Assembly: GCA_002633005.1 (NCBI GenBank)
Contig: NMRA01000584.1
Location: 195,629-259,628, forward strand
Origin: Phoronis australis
Taxonomy: Eukaryota > Animalia > Phoronida
Length of the DNA stretch: 64,000 nucleotides
Direction of reading: 5' to 3'
Positions 63,005 through 64,000 of this stretch are shown here, one piece after another. The notes beneath the pieces were generated by a model. That model searched no databases. It had not been told where the DNA came from and worked only from the letters and a program-made list of their open reading frames with translations. Every line of letters begins with the position of its first letter. The first letter of the stretch is position 1. A program made the position numbers and the translations under genes.

Positions 63005-63370
63005 CCCTTACAAAAATGAACTTAAGTTTTCATCGAAAAACTTAAGTTTTTGGTCTAAAAAACTTAAGTTTTCTTTCCCGAAAACTTAAGCATTTTGGAA
63101 CAAGTTTTTTGGAACGAACTTAAGTTTTCCTAACTTTAAGTTTTTCAAAAACTTAAGTTTTCAAAAACTTAAGTTTTCTGAAAACTTAAGTTTTAAAAAC
63201 TTAAGTTCGTTCCAAAAAACTTGTTCCAAAATACTTAAGTTTTTGGAAAACTTAAGTTTTGGAACAAGTTTTTAGTAACAAACATAAGTCATCAACTAAG
63301 TTTTCCGAACATAAGTTTTCAAGGAACTAACTTTTGAAAACTGAAGTTTTCTAAAAGAAATAAGTTTCAA
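63005..63370. repeat. Array of the palindrome AAAACTTAAGTTTT with an internal 48-bp inverted repeat (foldback-like terminus)
   Basis: More than 12 exact or degenerate copies. 63081-63128 and 63196-63243 are reverse complements with one mismatch. Confidence 0.85.
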
Positions 63371-64000
63371 TAGGACAGACATTCAAAAATTTCGACTTTC
63401 ACTAAAACAAGAGTGGAGTACAGTAACAAATTTAATGATTCTCATGAAGATTTAACAAACTAGACTTCTATTAACATTTCATTAACAGTGATTAATTGCA
63501 GAAAATAAAATGCACTTCCTAAAATACACTAGTTTCTTAAAATAAGTGAACATATTTTAAGTGAAATTTCAAAATCTTAAAAACCAGAAACATTTCAAAA
63601 ATCAGTTCATCAAGTGTCATGCATACAGTGCAGTGAAAACTAAATGAGGCTAATTATATATTCATTATTTGCATCGTTCTCAGTCTATGACAATTATGCG
63701 ATAACTGAGGGAGCAAAATGGAATGTACAAACAGAGAAATCACTACCAAATCATGAAACACAACCAAAGAAAATGTGATTACATAGCCAGGAAGGATTAC
63801 AACAAAAGTCTACGTTTCAACAGCAGACTTTTTCAACTAAAACTACAGCAATGACGCCAAGAATAACAAATCACTTAATATGCAAAATCCAAGAATATCC
63901 ACAGAAACAAAAGCATAACATGAAACGTAACAGGTAACTAAAAGTTTATCGACAATGGCCACAGGTCTGATTTTGTGAAGTACAATCCTTATGCTAGAAA

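Overview
This is metazoan genomic DNA (intron-rich and AT-rich; the repeat families suggest a mollusc-like invertebrate, which is an inference). Two complete spliced genes face each other. On the + strand is a secreted TGFBI/periostin-like gene: signal peptide, EMI/CROPT domain and four FAS1 domains, 13 coding exons at 14246-36037, about 649 aa, with a 14-kb first intron. On the - strand is a USP38/USP35-like deubiquitinase: 8 coding exons at 48540-36794, about 1005 aa, with intact Cys and His boxes. I rebuilt both by hand with consistent GT-AG phases. The probable last exon and 3' UTR of a third, unidentified gene lie at the left edge. The rest is transposon-derived: a decayed Gmr1-type Gypsy fused back-to-back with a BEL/Pao gag, a 5'-truncated LINE, TTAA-flanked (Kolobok-like) elements, Harbinger/mariner/hAT-like MITEs, tRNA-derived SINEs, minisatellites and two families of Helentron-associated elements (HINEs). 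The most striking structure is at 57.4-63.0 kb. It looks like a tandem satellite but parses as five HINE copies inserted into one another's microsatellite (2 heads then 2 tails, 3 heads then 3 tails), and it carries six perfect DR1 nuclear-receptor motifs. There is an assembly gap at 22441-23309. There are no CRISPR, rRNA or true tRNA genes. No database searches were run.
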